This document shows, piece after piece, positions 49,293-58,926 of a stretch of DNA of 64,000 bases (positions are counted from its first letter, which is position 1; each line of letters opens with the position of its first letter). Source of the stretch: Thermoanaerobaculia bacterium (GTDB lineage Bacteria > Acidobacteriota > Thermoanaerobaculia > Multivoradales > Multivoraceae); contig JAJEBV010000043.1 of NCBI GenBank assembly GCA_022822365.1, forward strand, positions 42,811 to 106,810, in the 5' to 3' direction. Both the position numbers and the translations under genes were made by a program. The notes beneath the pieces are model-generated. The model was given only the letters and a program-made list of their open reading frames with translations, searched no databases and was not told where the DNA came from.

Positions 49293-50642
49293 CTACTCGT
49301 CGGCGTCGCCCCACCAGCGGCGCAGGCGTTCGGCGATCGCGGCTTCGGATCCCTGATCGGACGGCTCGTAGTAGCGGCGGCCGGACAGGCCGGGCGGTAG
49401 GTACTCCTGCTCCTCGAAGTTGCCCTCGAAGTCGTGGCCGTACTTGTAGTCCTTGCCGTAGCCCATGCCGCGCATGAGGCCCGTGGCCGCGTTGCGCAGG
49501 TGGAGCGGCACGGGTTCGTGCGGTGAATCCCGCACGTCCGCCGTCGCGCGGCCGAGGGCCACGTAGGCGGCGTTGCTCTTGGGCGACGTCGCCAGGTAGA
49601 CGGTTGCCTCGGCCAAGGGGATGCGCCCTTCGGGCAGCCCGATGAAGTGGACGGCCTGCTGCGCTGCCACGGCGACGGGCAACGCACCCGGGTTCGCGAG
49701 CCCGATGTCCTCGGCGGCCAGGATGACCAGCCGACGGGCGATGAACAGCGGGTCCTCGCCCGCTTCCAGCATCCGGGCCAGCCAGTAGAGGGCGCCGTCG
49801 GGCGAGGAGCCGCGTACCGACTTGATGAAGGCTGAGATCGTGTCGTAGTGGCTGTCGCCGGCCTTGTCGTACTGGGGCGTCCGCCGCTGCAGGGCGTCCG
49901 AGATGGCCTCCATGTCGAGGCGCCGCACGCCGTCCTCGCCCGGCTCGGCGGCGACGACCGCCATCTCCAGGGCGTTCAGCGCCACCCGGGCGTCGCCGTT
50001 CGCGATGTTCACCAGGTGCGCCACGGCGTCCGGTTCCAGTTCCGGGGCCAGCCGACCCAGGCCGCGGTCCTCGTCCGACAGCGCGCGCTCGACGATCCCG
50101 GTCATCGCCTGTTCGTCCAAAGCGTGCAGCGTGAACACCCGGCACCGCGACAGCAGCGGCGCGTTGACCTCGAAGGACGGGTTCTCCGTCGTCGCCCCGA
50201 TGAAAGTGATCGTGCCGTCCTCGACGTGGGGAAGGATGACGTCCTGCTGCGCTTTGTTGAAGCGGTGGATCTCGTCGACGAAGAGGATCGTCGGGCGGCC
50301 GTAGAGGGATCGGAGGTCCTGCGCACCCTTGACCGCCCGGCGCAGGTCGGCGACTCCGGCCGAGACGGCGCTCACCGGCTCGAAGTGGGCCCGGGTCGTG
50401 GTCGCGATCAGCCGCGCCAGGGTCGTCTTGCCGGAGCCGGGCGGACCCCAGAAGAGCAGCGACGGCACCCGGTCCGCCTCGATGGAACGCCGCAGCACCT
50501 TGTCCTCGGCGAGGATGTGCTCCTGGCCGACGAACTCGTCGAACGTCGCCGGCCGCATCCGTTCGGCCAGCGGCGCGGACGCCCCGGAGCCGGCCTCCGC
50601 GGCGTCGTCGAACAGGCCGGCAGTCGTCGGTTCGCGGGTCAC
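49293..50642 (-). CDS. rarA: Replication-associated recombination protein A
   Basis: PLAERMRP, WGPPGSGKTT, DEIHRFNKAQQD, ATTENPSF, SAFIKSVRGS and PLHLRNA. Confidence 0.97.
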   Translation of the reverse strand: MTREPTTAGLFDDAAEAGSGASAPLAERMRPATFDEFVGQEHILAEDKVLRRSIEADRVPSLLFWGPPGSGKTTLARLIATTTRAHFEPVSAVSAGVADLRRAVKGAQDLRSLYGRPTILFVDEIHRFNKAQQDVILPHVEDGTITFIGATTENPSFEVNAPLLSRCRVFTLHALDEQAMTGIVERALSDEDRGLGRLAPELEPDAVAHLVNIANGDARVALNALEMAVVAAEPGEDGVRRLDMEAISDALQRRTPQYDKAGDSHYDTISAFIKSVRGSSPDGALYWLARMLEAGEDPLFIARRLVILAAEDIGLANPGALPVAVAAQQAVHFIGLPEGRIPLAEATVYLATSPKSNAAYVALGRATADVRDSPHEPVPLHLRNAATGLMRGMGYGKDYKYGHDFEGNFEEQEYLPPGLSGRRYYEPSDQGSEAAIAERLRRWWGDADE

Positions 50643-51343
50643 ACTCCTAGGCTACTGTCGCTCTGCTCCAGCGCCGCCACCGCGTCGGCGTACTGCTCGA
50701 GCGCCGCATGGCCCTTCGGCGTCAACCGGTAGACGCCTGGAGGTGTATCCGCGGCGCGTTCGAACCAGCCGTAGTGGTCCGCGTACATGATCGCCCTGGC
50801 CCGGGCGACTCCCGTTCCCCTGGCGGCGACGGCAGCCTTCGTCGGACCGTGCAGACGGAGATGGGCGGCGCAGCGCAGGGCGTCCTGCCGGTAGGCCGTC
50901 ATGATCGGGCGGCCGGTCGAGCCACCCTGGTTGGGATCGCCCACCCGCCGCTGAAACTCCTTCAGCAGCCGTCCGATCGCACGCTTCCGCTGGCGCGGCC
51001 GGTACGGCGCCGGGTCAACCAGCGCCTCCACGAAGGGCGCCGGCTCGAGCCTCACCGTCAACAGGCCGAGCCCGAGCCGCCGGCACAGCCCAAGCGCATC
51101 CTTCTTGCGCGTCGTTCGGCCCGAGAACGGCGGAACGGCGACGTAGACGTTGTCGGAGAGGGCCTGCCGTGCGATCCCCTGGAACACCAGGGGCAGGGAG
51201 AAGCGCGTCTTCAGCTCGACGATCAGGGGCGGCTCCCCGCCCCGGATGGCGACGAGGTCGCAACCGTTGACCTCTCCCTTGACGGCGTAGCCCTGTCCCT
51301 CGAGGAACGTCTTGACTGGCAGGTAGAGCGTCTGTTCGCGCAC
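50639..51343 (-). CDS. DUF2161-family putative PD-(D/E)xK protein
   Basis: LYLPVKTFLEGQGYAVKGEV..CD, IVELK, LCRRLGLGLL, GDPNQGG and MTAYRQDAL. Start inferred at GTG 51343. Confidence 0.8.
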   Translation of the reverse strand: MREQTLYLPVKTFLEGQGYAVKGEVNGCDLVAIRGGEPPLIVELKTRFSLPLVFQGIARQALSDNVYVAVPPFSGRTTRKKDALGLCRRLGLGLLTVRLEPAPFVEALVDPAPYRPRQRKRAIGRLLKEFQRRVGDPNQGGSTGRPIMTAYRQDALRCAAHLRLHGPTKAAVAARGTGVARARAIMYADHYGWFERAADTPPGVYRLTPKGHAALEQYADAVAALEQSDSSLGV

Positions 51344-51446
51344 GCTGGTCAGCAATGCACCATTGGCGGCTTGCGCATGTGAGTGAGCTGTGGGCCGAGT
51401 ATACGATCGGGCATCGAAGTAACCACAACGAAAGGGGTTACCGGCA

Positions 51447-52856
51447 GTGAGCGAGAACCACGGAATCCGCGCCGCGGGACTTGCCTGCGCAGCGGCTGCC
51501 GCGCTGGCCGGCTGCGGCACGCCGTCAGGCGAAGTCGGTTCGGCCGGGCACGCCGAAGACACTCAGCCGCCGAACATCATCGTCATCATGGCCGACGACC
51601 TCGGCTACGGCGACGTCAGCCCCTACGACGGCTGGATCGAGACGCCGAACCTGGACCGCCTGGCCGCGGCCGGGATGATGCTGACCGACTTTCACACCAG
51701 CGGCGCAGTGTGCTCGCCGACCCGCGCCGGCCTGGTCACGGGCCGTTACCAGCACCGGGCTGGCGTTCCCGCCGTCCTGCTCGCAGACTCCGCTAGTCCG
51801 CTGTACCACCAGGGCATCGACAGCGAGGCACACACGATCTCCGAGGCCTTCCGGGAGCTCGGCTATACGACCGCGATCTTCGGCAAGTGGCACCTCGGCT
51901 ATCTCCCGCAGTTCAACCCGGCCCTCCACGGCTTCGACAAGTTCCGCGGCTTCGTCAGCGGCAATATCGACTACCAGTCCCACGTCGACCGCATGGGCCG
52001 TCCCGACTGGTGGAACGGCGAGACGCTCGAGGACGAAGCCGGCTACTTGACCGACCTGATCGGCGACCATGCCGAGCGGTTCATCGCCGGGCACCGGGAC
52101 GAGCCGTTCTTCCTCTATCTGGCACACCACGCTCCGCACTACCCGTACCAGGGTCCGGGCGACCCGGCTGAACGCTACGCCGGCGACGACACGTTTCCGG
52201 GCGTAGGCGCGGTGACCGACCGGAAGCGCGCCTACCGCGAGATGGTCGAGTCGATGGACGCAAGTATCGGCCGCGTCCTCGACGCCCTGGAGCAGCAGGG
52301 CCTTTCCGAGACCACGCTGGTCTGGTTCTTCTCGGACAACGGCGCCACCCGGTTGGGTTCCAACGGACCGCTGCGCGGCCACAAGGCCAGCTACTGGGAG
52401 GGCGGCCACCGCGTTCCCTCGATCGCGTCGATGCCAGGCCGCATCGATGCCGGGTCGACGTCCGCCACGATCACTTCGACGCTCGACGTGATGCCGACCG
52501 TCCTCGCGATGGCCGGCGGCACCGCGCATCCCGACCTGCCGTTCGACGGCATCGACATCGGTCCGGTCCTGTTCGAGGGCGAAGATGCGCCGCCCCGCCA
52601 ACTCTTCTGGAGCAGCCCCGCCCAGTTCTGGCGCGGCGCCGCCGTTCGGGACGGTCGCTACAAGCTGGTCATCGACCGCCGGACGCAGCGAGCCGCCGCG
52701 GCAGAAGGCGAGGAAGTCACAGATCCTGTGCCCATGCTCTTCGATCTGGAGGCCGACCTTGGCGAGACCACCGACCTCGCCGTCGATGAGCCGCAGCGGC
52801 TCGCAGAGATGATGGCGGCGCTCGAACGCTGGCGCGAGGACGTCGGCGCCCCGTAG
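51447..52856 (+). CDS. Sulfatase (FGly-dependent), lipoprotein
   Basis: Lipobox LAGC, ADDLGYGD, CSPTRAGLVTGRY, GKWHLG, SDNG and WEGGHRVP. Confidence 0.95.
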   Translation: MSENHGIRAAGLACAAAAALAGCGTPSGEVGSAGHAEDTQPPNIIVIMADDLGYGDVSPYDGWIETPNLDRLAAAGMMLTDFHTSGAVCSPTRAGLVTGRYQHRAGVPAVLLADSASPLYHQGIDSEAHTISEAFRELGYTTAIFGKWHLGYLPQFNPALHGFDKFRGFVSGNIDYQSHVDRMGRPDWWNGETLEDEAGYLTDLIGDHAERFIAGHRDEPFFLYLAHHAPHYPYQGPGDPAERYAGDDTFPGVGAVTDRKRAYREMVESMDASIGRVLDALEQQGLSETTLVWFFSDNGATRLGSNGPLRGHKASYWEGGHRVPSIASMPGRIDAGSTSATITSTLDVMPTVLAMAGGTAHPDLPFDGIDIGPVLFEGEDAPPRQLFWSSPAQFWRGAAVRDGRYKLVIDRRTQRAAAAEGEEVTDPVPMLFDLEADLGETTDLAVDEPQRLAEMMAALERWREDVGAP

Positions 52857-52871
52857 CCGTAGAGCATCATC

Positions 52872-54296
52872 GTGAGCGACGTTCCGATTTCAGCGCTTCT
52901 GGAAGAAGCGAGGGCCTACTACAGCGCCCTCTTGCGGCCCGTCTTCGAGGGCCGCGGGTTCGTGCTGCCCGGCAACATCGCGGTGGGGCTCGGAAACGTG
53001 GCCCTCGAACTCCGCGGACTTGGCGCGGCCCGGCCCTTCGTGGTCGCCGGGAGCCACGGAACGGGACCGCTGCCGCCCCGGGAAGATGCGGAGCTGCGCG
53101 TGCTCGACGTTCGCGGAACGGATCCGCTGGAGCACAACCGCAACGTCCAGCGCGCCCTGGCCCACCTTCCTTCCGCGGTGCAGGAGGCGGTCGACGCCTG
53201 GGATCCCGAGGGAACGGCGCGGACACTGCACACGGACCCGCTGGCCGAGCCCCGGCCGGTGGCGAGGCGAAGCGCCTACGCCGCACGGCCCAGGGAGTGG
53301 ATCGACCTGGAAGACAAGGTCGTCATCGACGCCTTCTGGGACACGGTCGGCGTGCCGCGCGCGCCGTCACAAGTGGTTCCGGCCGAACACCAAGCTCTCC
53401 GAACCGCCGCCAACGCGTTGGACCGAGGCCACGGCACCGTCTGGGCGCCGGACGCCCGCGAAGGCGCCAACGCTGGCGCCGTCGCGCTGCGCTGGGTACG
53501 ACCCGGCGACGACGGACGGCAGGCCGCGGCGGACCTGGCGCGAATCGCCGACCGCGTTCGCGTCATGCCCTTCCTGGAGGGGATTCCGGCGAGCATCCAC
53601 GGCGTCGTGTTCCCGGACGCTGTCGTCGCCTTCCGCCCAGTCGAGATGCTGGTCCTCCGGCCGGCGAGCGGCGACCGCCTCTTCTACGCCGGCTGCTCCA
53701 CCTGGTTCGATCCACGACCGGACGATCGGGAGACGATGCGCGAACTCGCCCGCCGCGTTGGCGCGGAGCTGCGCGAGCGGGTCGGTTTCCGCGGGTCCTT
53801 CGGCATCGACGGCATCCTGGCCGAGGAGGGGTTCCTGCCCACGGAACTCAACCCGCGTCTCGGCGCCGGAGTGAGCACGCTCGCCGGCGCGCTGGGCGAC
53901 TTTCCGCTCATCCTGCTCTGTCTGGTCATGGCCGAAGGCGAAGAACTCGACTACCGGCCGGAACTCCTCGAACAGGCGGTCGTCGAGGCCGCCGACGCCA
54001 ACCGCGTCTGCGGCGGCGGCAGGACGACGGAACGGACGCTCACCGACACCGGCACCTTCGATCTGGTGCGCGACGGCGACGACTACCGGGAGGCCGAAGC
54101 CGGGGAGGAGGTCGAAGCGACACTCCTGTTCGGACCCGGCCCGATCGGCGGGTTCCTGCGCTTCACCCTGAATCCCGCCGCCAACGAGCCCGGGCCACCC
54201 TCGGCACCGCAGGCCGCCCGAGCCTTCCGTCTGGCGGATCGCCTGCTCGGCACGGAGTTCGGTGGTCTGGAGGGCGCTCGAAACGTGAGGCCGTGA
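52872..54296 (+). CDS. ATP-grasp-like protein of unknown function
   Basis: MPFLEG, GSFGIDG and ELNPR resemble ATP-grasp C-terminal motifs. Confidence 0.55.
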   Translation: MSDVPISALLEEARAYYSALLRPVFEGRGFVLPGNIAVGLGNVALELRGLGAARPFVVAGSHGTGPLPPREDAELRVLDVRGTDPLEHNRNVQRALAHLPSAVQEAVDAWDPEGTARTLHTDPLAEPRPVARRSAYAARPREWIDLEDKVVIDAFWDTVGVPRAPSQVVPAEHQALRTAANALDRGHGTVWAPDAREGANAGAVALRWVRPGDDGRQAAADLARIADRVRVMPFLEGIPASIHGVVFPDAVVAFRPVEMLVLRPASGDRLFYAGCSTWFDPRPDDRETMRELARRVGAELRERVGFRGSFGIDGILAEEGFLPTELNPRLGAGVSTLAGALGDFPLILLCLVMAEGEELDYRPELLEQAVVEAADANRVCGGGRTTERTLTDTGTFDLVRDGDDYREAEAGEEVEATLLFGPGPIGGFLRFTLNPAANEPGPPSAPQAARAFRLADRLLGTEFGGLEGARNVRP

Positions 54297-54314
54297 TCGG
54301 CAGCCTGTGGTCGC

Positions 54315-54944
54315 CTACCACAGGTCCGCAACTCGCCTTTGGAAGTCGGTCTTGAGTTCATCCCAGTCGACATCGATGAGGAGACGAAGCGGCGGCTCGC
54401 GTTCGGCGTCGTCGAAGTGGATCAGACTACGAATGACGTGCCCCACGTCCCGCGCTTCGAACTTCTCCTCGTAGAGGGCCAGATACTCGGCGAGCGGTCG
54501 GTGGCGGGTCATCAGGACCCAGAGGTCCACAAAGTCCTTGCGGCTGCCGCGATTGGCGATTGCCGACAGCTTCATGGCTGCGATGTCGTCCCTGTCTGCT
54601 AGCGCCAGGAGGTCGCTGTCGGACGACACGGTCGGGCCGAGAAGCGGGTAGTTGTACTCGATCACCGACACCTGGACGCCTAGCACATCCACGTAGACGG
54701 TTCTGGCCTCCAGGGATGTAACCGAGAGTTCCGGTACTTGCCCCCGAAGACGGTCCAGCACTTCCTCGGCGTCCGGCATTCGTTCGGCGAAGATGTCCAG
54801 ATCGACCGAAACCCGGTGCCCCTCCATGAGGGCGAGAGCAGTGCCTCCGGCCAGGTAGTAGTCCCCGCCCGCCAGAGCCCGCGAGACGATCGCGAAGGCC
54901 TCCCGCGCCTCCGGCTCAAGTGCCTCCCAATGGAGCCGGCTCAT
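54315..54944 (-). CDS. AbiEii/AbiGii-family nucleotidyltransferase toxin
   Basis: YYLAGGTALAL..GHRVSVDLDIF and AMKLSAIANRGSRKDFVDL. ATG 54944 overlaps the partner stop. Confidence 0.9.
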   Translation of the reverse strand: MSRLHWEALEPEAREAFAIVSRALAGGDYYLAGGTALALMEGHRVSVDLDIFAERMPDAEEVLDRLRGQVPELSVTSLEARTVYVDVLGVQVSVIEYNYPLLGPTVSSDSDLLALADRDDIAAMKLSAIANRGSRKDFVDLWVLMTRHRPLAEYLALYEEKFEARDVGHVIRSLIHFDDAEREPPLRLLIDVDWDELKTDFQRRVADLW

Positions 54945-55246
54945 CCCCGCCACGCGGCTTCGCGCTTCCGCGCTTCGCGCACCCACTCGGAGGTCCGCTC
55001 CTCCGGCACCGAACTGGCGAAGGCCCAGAAGTTCAGTTCGCGCGGCGGGAGCACCTTGCGGCCGCGTTCTTCCAGGAAGTGCCGTCGCCGTTCTGGACTG
55101 GACGCCGAGAGGAGCCATCGCATCGGCTCCCAGCCTCCTCGGGCCATGACGCGCTCGATCACGACTTCCGGCAGCTCGGGCTCCGCTCGGAGCGCTTCGA
55201 GGTCGTATTCCCAGAGCAGTTGCTCAACCGTTTGGGGGAAGCGCAC
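54941..55246 (-). CDS. DUF6922-like partner/antitoxin
   Basis: LLWEYD....VIERVMARG.W...WL and NFW; coupled to the AbiEii gene. Confidence 0.75.
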   Translation of the reverse strand: MRFPQTVEQLLWEYDLEALRAEPELPEVVIERVMARGGWEPMRWLLSASSPERRRHFLEERGRKVLPPRELNFWAFASSVPEERTSEWVREARKREAAWRG

Positions 55247-55270
55247 CCCCTGATTCTATCGGCGCAGGTT

Positions 55271-57055
55271 CTACTCCTGGCCCGCCTCCGAACCTCCGCG
55301 GCGACTTCGCTGGTACAGGAAGGAGACGGCCACCAGCAGCGCCCCGACGATCAGGAACGACAGAATCCGGTAGCCCTGCTCCAGGAAGGACAGGTCGATG
55401 AGGAAGGTCTTGCCCACTACGACGAGCAGCAGCGCCAGGCCCTGCCAGCGCAGGCCGGGGGCGCTCCGGCGGATGCCGGCGGCGATCAGGGCGGCTGCCC
55501 ACAGGAGCCAGACGGCCGACAGGACGACCTGGGCGGCCAGATCGAGGTCGAGGTCGACGTCCAACGCCTGGACGAGATCCCACGACTCGGTCGACACGGC
55601 GACGAGCGCGACGACGTTGGCGACGACGAGCGCTACGGCCCAGACGGGCGCCTCGATCCGCACTTTCGTCTTCAGCCGGCCGCGCACGTAGACGGCGGCG
55701 ACGACGAGACCGGCCGCTACCCCGGTGAGCGTCAGGAAGCGCAGGTTGACGAACAGGAGGTCGCGCTCTCCACCGAAGGCGGCCGGCGCCATCAGCAGGA
55801 CGACACCGAAGAGTGCGACGGAGAAGACCCGCATCCAGATTGCCGGCAGACGCGTTCCGGCAATCGCCAGTGCGACGGCCTCCGCGGTCCAGGCCAGGGT
55901 GATCCAGTCGCCGTCGAGCCGGATCGGGAAGGCGATCGTGGCCAGCAGCGCGGCGAGGACGGCGAAGAGCGACTGGAGTTGCCGGCTTCTCCGCTCTTCG
56001 CCGGGACTCCAGGTCCCGAGCGCGCGGGACACGGCCAGGTGGACCGCGGCCAGGACCAGAACGGCGCCGGTCAGCCACCACCGGTGTTCCTCGTAGAGGA
56101 GCTGTTGCAGCAGCAGAACGAAGAAACCGAGCGCCAGAACCAGCACGCCAAGCTCGGTCGGGCGCAGCCGCCGGGCCTGACGCACCCGGGCCAGAGGCAG
56201 GGCGAAGTAGATGGCGTAGAAGAGCGTGCCGAAGAGAGCGGTCGAGAGGAGCCGCTCGCCCTCGTAGAACTGGACGTACCAGGCGATGAAGTAGACAGCC
56301 GTCGCGACCAGGGCGGCCGGCGCCAGGACGCGGAAACCGCGCAACAGGGCCAGCGCGAGCAGGCTGGCGCTGAGCAGGGCGAGGTAGCTGAAGAGGACGA
56401 CCTGGGCGTCCGTGCCGGTGCTGAGCAGCGCCGGCGTCAAGAAGCCGCCGGCGAGGGCCAGGGCCGCCAGCCGCTGCGAGTCGCGCCGTACCGACAGGCC
56501 GATGACCGCCGCGGTGACGAGGGCGAGGAAGGCGAACGCCGCCGGCTGCGGCACGAGGGCGTAGAAGTCCCACGCCGCGTAGCCCGAGAGATAGACGATG
56601 CCGGCGCCCAGCGCCGACATCCCCTCGGCGAAGTAGCGCATCTTCCGTGCGGCGAGCCACTCGCCGTAGCCGGCGAGCGCCAGGCCGCTGACGAGCCCGA
56701 TCAGGACGCGCCCGGTGGGCCCGATCCACTCGTTCTCGAACGCGTAGCGCAGGAAGAAGGCCGCCGCGATCAGGAGGGTGAGAATGCCGATCCGGTTCAG
56801 CCAGCGGCCGCCGATCAGCGACTCGAAGTCGATGTCGCGCCAGGCGGCGCGCCTGGGTTTGCGGGCCGCCTTGGCGGTCGCGACGGGCTGAGAGTTCGGC
56901 TCGATCGAAGCAGGCGGGGACTCGGGCGCTTCCGCGCCGGACGGCGCCGCAGCTTGCTCATCTTCCGCCTTGCCTCGGAGGGTGGCGACCTCCTCCTGCA
57001 GCTCGCGAACTCGCGCCTCGAGCGCTTGCACGCGCTGATCGAGAGACTCCGGCAC
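55271..57055 (-). CDS. DUF2339 polytopic membrane protein
   Basis: Coiled N-terminus, FESLIGGRWLNRIG, many TMs, and C-terminal KTFLIDL....GYRILSF. Confidence 0.88.
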   Translation of the reverse strand: MPESLDQRVQALEARVRELQEEVATLRGKAEDEQAAAPSGAEAPESPPASIEPNSQPVATAKAARKPRRAAWRDIDFESLIGGRWLNRIGILTLLIAAAFFLRYAFENEWIGPTGRVLIGLVSGLALAGYGEWLAARKMRYFAEGMSALGAGIVYLSGYAAWDFYALVPQPAAFAFLALVTAAVIGLSVRRDSQRLAALALAGGFLTPALLSTGTDAQVVLFSYLALLSASLLALALLRGFRVLAPAALVATAVYFIAWYVQFYEGERLLSTALFGTLFYAIYFALPLARVRQARRLRPTELGVLVLALGFFVLLLQQLLYEEHRWWLTGAVLVLAAVHLAVSRALGTWSPGEERRSRQLQSLFAVLAALLATIAFPIRLDGDWITLAWTAEAVALAIAGTRLPAIWMRVFSVALFGVVLLMAPAAFGGERDLLFVNLRFLTLTGVAAGLVVAAVYVRGRLKTKVRIEAPVWAVALVVANVVALVAVSTESWDLVQALDVDLDLDLAAQVVLSAVWLLWAAALIAAGIRRSAPGLRWQGLALLLVVVGKTFLIDLSFLEQGYRILSFLIVGALLVAVSFLYQRSRRGGSEAGQE

Positions 57056-57062
57056 GCGCTGG

Positions 57063-57554
57063 TTACTCTCCGTTAGCGACCGGGGGTTGTCGCAGCGGCG
57101 CCCGCCTTCGCCGCAGTTCGGTCGCCTTGACGTGCACTCCGTAGTTCGCGGCGAGGTAGTCGAGGATCGAGTTCTCCAGGTCGCCGAGCGGCTCGAGTCC
57201 TTCGTCCTTCTCCATGCGGCGAATCGTGCGGACCCAGCCGGCGCGGGTGGTGCGGTTCTGCTGCAGGAGCGTCGCCGAGTGGCATTCGGTGCAGTGGTCG
57301 CGGGCTGTTTGCCAGACGCCGGAGGCGTCCTTGATCAGGCCGCTTTCGGTGTCCAGTGGCTGGGGCGGCTTCTGGGCGCCCACCCCGCCGGTGGCCAGGA
57401 CCAGGCTCAGTACGCCTGCTTGGAACAGGCCGCCAAAGCGGATCCGGCCTGGCGGCCGGCGTTTCCTTCTGGCCGCCTGCGGCGGCAGCGGGTCAGAAGA
57501 CCCGCGCACCCAGCGGAGAGTGTGCGGCTCCCTTCGTGCTCTCCTACGCGACAT
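57063..57554 (-). CDS. Monoheme cytochrome c, SorB-like partner of sulfite dehydrogenase
   Basis: CTECHS, W..TIRRM and ILDYLAANYG. Start uncertain; the 5' region contains a repeat copy. Confidence 0.8.
   Translation of the reverse strand: MSRRRARREPHTLRWVRGSSDPLPPQAARRKRRPPGRIRFGGLFQAGVLSLVLATGGVGAQKPPQPLDTESGLIKDASGVWQTARDHCTECHSATLLQQNRTTRAGWVRTIRRMEKDEGLEPLGDLENSILDYLAANYGVHVKATELRRRRAPLRQPPVANGE
57444..57511 (+). repeat. Degenerate copy of the right half of the 44034-44194 element
   Basis: CCGGCCTGGCGGCCGGCG..TTCTGGCCGCCTGCGGCGGCAGCGGGTCAGAAGACCCGCGCACC aligns with 44120-44185. Confidence 0.7.
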
Positions 57555-58842
57555 ACACAGCGACCCGGTGGCAGGCGTTGTTCAGGTATCCCCGCGGGTT
57601 CCAGCCGGGCAGGACCACCGGCTGCACGTCGCCGTTCGCGTCGGCGGCCCGTGCCCACACCTCGTAGTAGCCCGCTTCGGGGAACATGAGCTCCAGATCC
57701 CAGTTCTGCCAGGCGAGGCGGTTCGCCGGCGGCTGCAGGCCGGCCCGCGTCCAGGTGCGGCCGAAGTCGATCGAGACGTCCAGTCTCTCGACCTGGTTGT
57801 CGCCGGTCCAGGCGTGGCCATGGAGCGGCAGCGCCTCACCCACCGGGTGCTGGAACCCGCTCTGCGGGTAGGTGATCAGCGACTTGACCGGCATCGCCTC
57901 GATGATGCGCATGTCCTCGGGATCGACTTCGGTACCCGGCGCGACCGGTTCACGCGGCACCTTGTAGGACATGCCGGTCATCTTCGGTCCGTCGTGGACG
58001 ACGTTGCGAATCGCGATCCGCCGCAGCCATTTGCCCGAAGTGGACCCCGGCCAGCCGCCGAACACGAGGCGCAGCGGATGGCCGTTCATCGGGTGGAGCG
58101 GCTCGCCGTTCATGCCCCAGGCGATCATCGACTCGGCTTCCAGGGCCTTGGCGATCGGCACGCCCCGCGAGATCGGGACGCCCTCGCCCCCTGCCGTCGT
58201 GTCGGCGCCGTAGTAGGCCACGTACACGGCGTCGTCCCGGTAGCCGCAGTCCTCCAGGACGTCCCGCAAGCGGATGCCGTCCCAGCGCGGACACCCGACG
58301 GCGCCCACGGTCCACTGGTTGCCGGAGGCCGGCGGGTCGTACTCCGAGCGGCCGTTGCCGCCGCACTCCATGACGAGCTGGCGGCTCGTGTTCTCGAAGC
58401 GCTGCTTCAGGTCCTCCAGCGTGTACGTCTTCGCGCCAGCCGCGGACTCGCCGTCGACCGTCAAGGTCCAGTTCATGGCGTCCACTTCCTCCGGCGGAAC
58501 GCCGTTGTTACGGACGAACAGCCGGCTCGCGGGGGTCACATCGTCGTTCAGCAGATGCGCCGGCGTCTCGGCGCAGAGCGGCCGGTCGTTCAGCACGGTC
58601 AGGCCGTCCTTGCCTTCGATCGTGAACGGCTCGGCCTGATTCGCGTACGCCGCCGGAATCAGGCCGGCGGGCATGAGGTCGGAGAAGACGATCTTCGCGC
58701 CGACCAGGGCCGACATCGCGCCGAGGCCCTGGAGGAAGCCCCGCCGAGTGCGGGGATCGACCTGCCGGCCCCAGACTTCCCAGTCGGCCCGCTCCGGGTC
58801 GGCGGCAAAGACCTCGTGAATGCCCCGCACCCGTCTGCTCAT
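57544..58842 (-). CDS. Tat-exported sulfite oxidase-family molybdoenzyme (SorA/SoxC-like)
   Basis: TRRGFL Tat motif, AETP, LFVRNNG, Moco Cys in ECGGNGR, NGHPLRL..GW....SGKWL and WNPRGYLNN. Confidence 0.92.
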   Translation of the reverse strand: MSRRVRGIHEVFAADPERADWEVWGRQVDPRTRRGFLQGLGAMSALVGAKIVFSDLMPAGLIPAAYANQAEPFTIEGKDGLTVLNDRPLCAETPAHLLNDDVTPASRLFVRNNGVPPEEVDAMNWTLTVDGESAAGAKTYTLEDLKQRFENTSRQLVMECGGNGRSEYDPPASGNQWTVGAVGCPRWDGIRLRDVLEDCGYRDDAVYVAYYGADTTAGGEGVPISRGVPIAKALEAESMIAWGMNGEPLHPMNGHPLRLVFGGWPGSTSGKWLRRIAIRNVVHDGPKMTGMSYKVPREPVAPGTEVDPEDMRIIEAMPVKSLITYPQSGFQHPVGEALPLHGHAWTGDNQVERLDVSIDFGRTWTRAGLQPPANRLAWQNWDLELMFPEAGYYEVWARAADANGDVQPVVLPGWNPRGYLNNACHRVAVYVA

Positions 58843-58926
58843 CCTGACCCTCCCTTGGCTGAAGCGCTCCTGAACGCTACCAGTCCGCCGGCTGGAGAGT
58901 TCTCGACTTCGCTACTCTCCAGGGCG

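Noticed and set aside
57214-58926. Apparent 777-aa ORF fusing an unknown domain to a sulfatase
   Set aside because: The upstream part is the antisense shadow of the sulfite oxidase and cytochrome genes; the sulfatase begins near GTG 58927.
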